A stretch of DNA of 52,473 nucleotides, counting the filler, from Sphacelaria rigidula (lineage: Eukaryota), in the NCBI GenBank assembly GCA_964200075.2. It is 4 parts of 4 records of this genome, joined end to end, with 100 filler letters (N's around TTAATTAATTAA, not from the genome) between each part and the next. Parts side by side here need not be neighbours in the genome. Positions count along the whole stretch, not along the records: positions 39,433 to 52,473 come from CAXNAA020003211.1; 3 more parts are not named here. One strand, written 5' to 3'. The notes below the pieces were generated by a model that saw only the letters and a program-made list of their open reading frames with translations, searched no databases and was not told the origin of the DNA. This document shows, piece after piece, positions 52,147 through 52,473 of this stretch (positions are counted from its first letter, which is position 1; each line of letters begins with the position of its first letter). The position numbers and the translations under genes are program-made.

Positions 52147-52473
52147 CTACTCCGCCGCCACTGCGCTCTTATTGACCAAGAAGAGCCACTCCCTGTGAAG
52201 AGACCGCCGAAGCTTATCATAGTCTCCATCGATGTCGAGAAAACAATGCTGAGCACGAAAAATGATGACAACAAGGGAAACTTCAGGCGGTTCGTTGAAA
52301 AGGTACTGGAAGTCTTGCATCCGATGGGCACCATCGCCTTTGCAGTCTCGCGGCCCTGGAATCAACACGGACATCGTATCCAAGGTATCACGGTCTGCAC
52401 GGTTCGTGACAGGCACAACCGCGGCATCGATGTTGCTGAAAACAGGGTAGACACATCTGAGTCGGTATCCGTC
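52147..52473 (-). CDS. 3' end of a hypothetical protein, open to the window edge
   Basis: Stop-free frame from 52473 to TAG at 52147 (DGYRLRCVYPVFSNIDAAVVPV...EVSLVVIIFRAQHCFLD...WLFLVNKSAVAAE*); globular-looking composition, no recognised motif. Confidence 0.35.
   Translation of the reverse strand, partial: DGYRLRCVYPVFSNIDAAVVPVTNRADRDTLDTMSVLIPGPRDCKGDGAHRMQDFQYLFNEPPEVSLVVIIFRAQHCFLDIDGDYDKLRRSLHREWLFLVNKSAVAAE

Overview
Eukaryotic, intron-rich DNA, most likely a stramenopile and probably a brown alga (inferred from intron size, gene content and repeat style). The window is not one locus. It holds four unrelated contigs of 13045, 13044, 13043 and 13041 bp, joined in size order by artificial 100-nt N44-TTAATTAATTAA-N44 linkers. 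Contig 1 (1-13045) carries the last four exons of a stand-alone CPS1-like carbamoyl-phosphate synthetase (minus strand, 25-nt terminal coding exon) and a cluster of MITEs. Contig 2 (13146-26189) carries a multi-exon TPR + GT41 O-GlcNAc-transferase-like gene (minus) with a GC-AG intron and a hydrophobic N-terminus. Contig 3 (26290-39332) carries the 3' exons of a TCTEX1D2-type dynein light chain (plus), tail-to-tail with an 11-exon coiled-coil/disordered hypothetical gene (minus). Contig 4 (39433-52473) is transposon-rich. It has an intron-containing hAT transposase pseudogene, a decayed Ty3/Gypsy integrase ending in a chromo-like plus a Tudor-like domain (the most unusual observation here), and a degenerate spliced Cys/His-rich gene. 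A tRNA-headed SINE family occurs in all four contigs.
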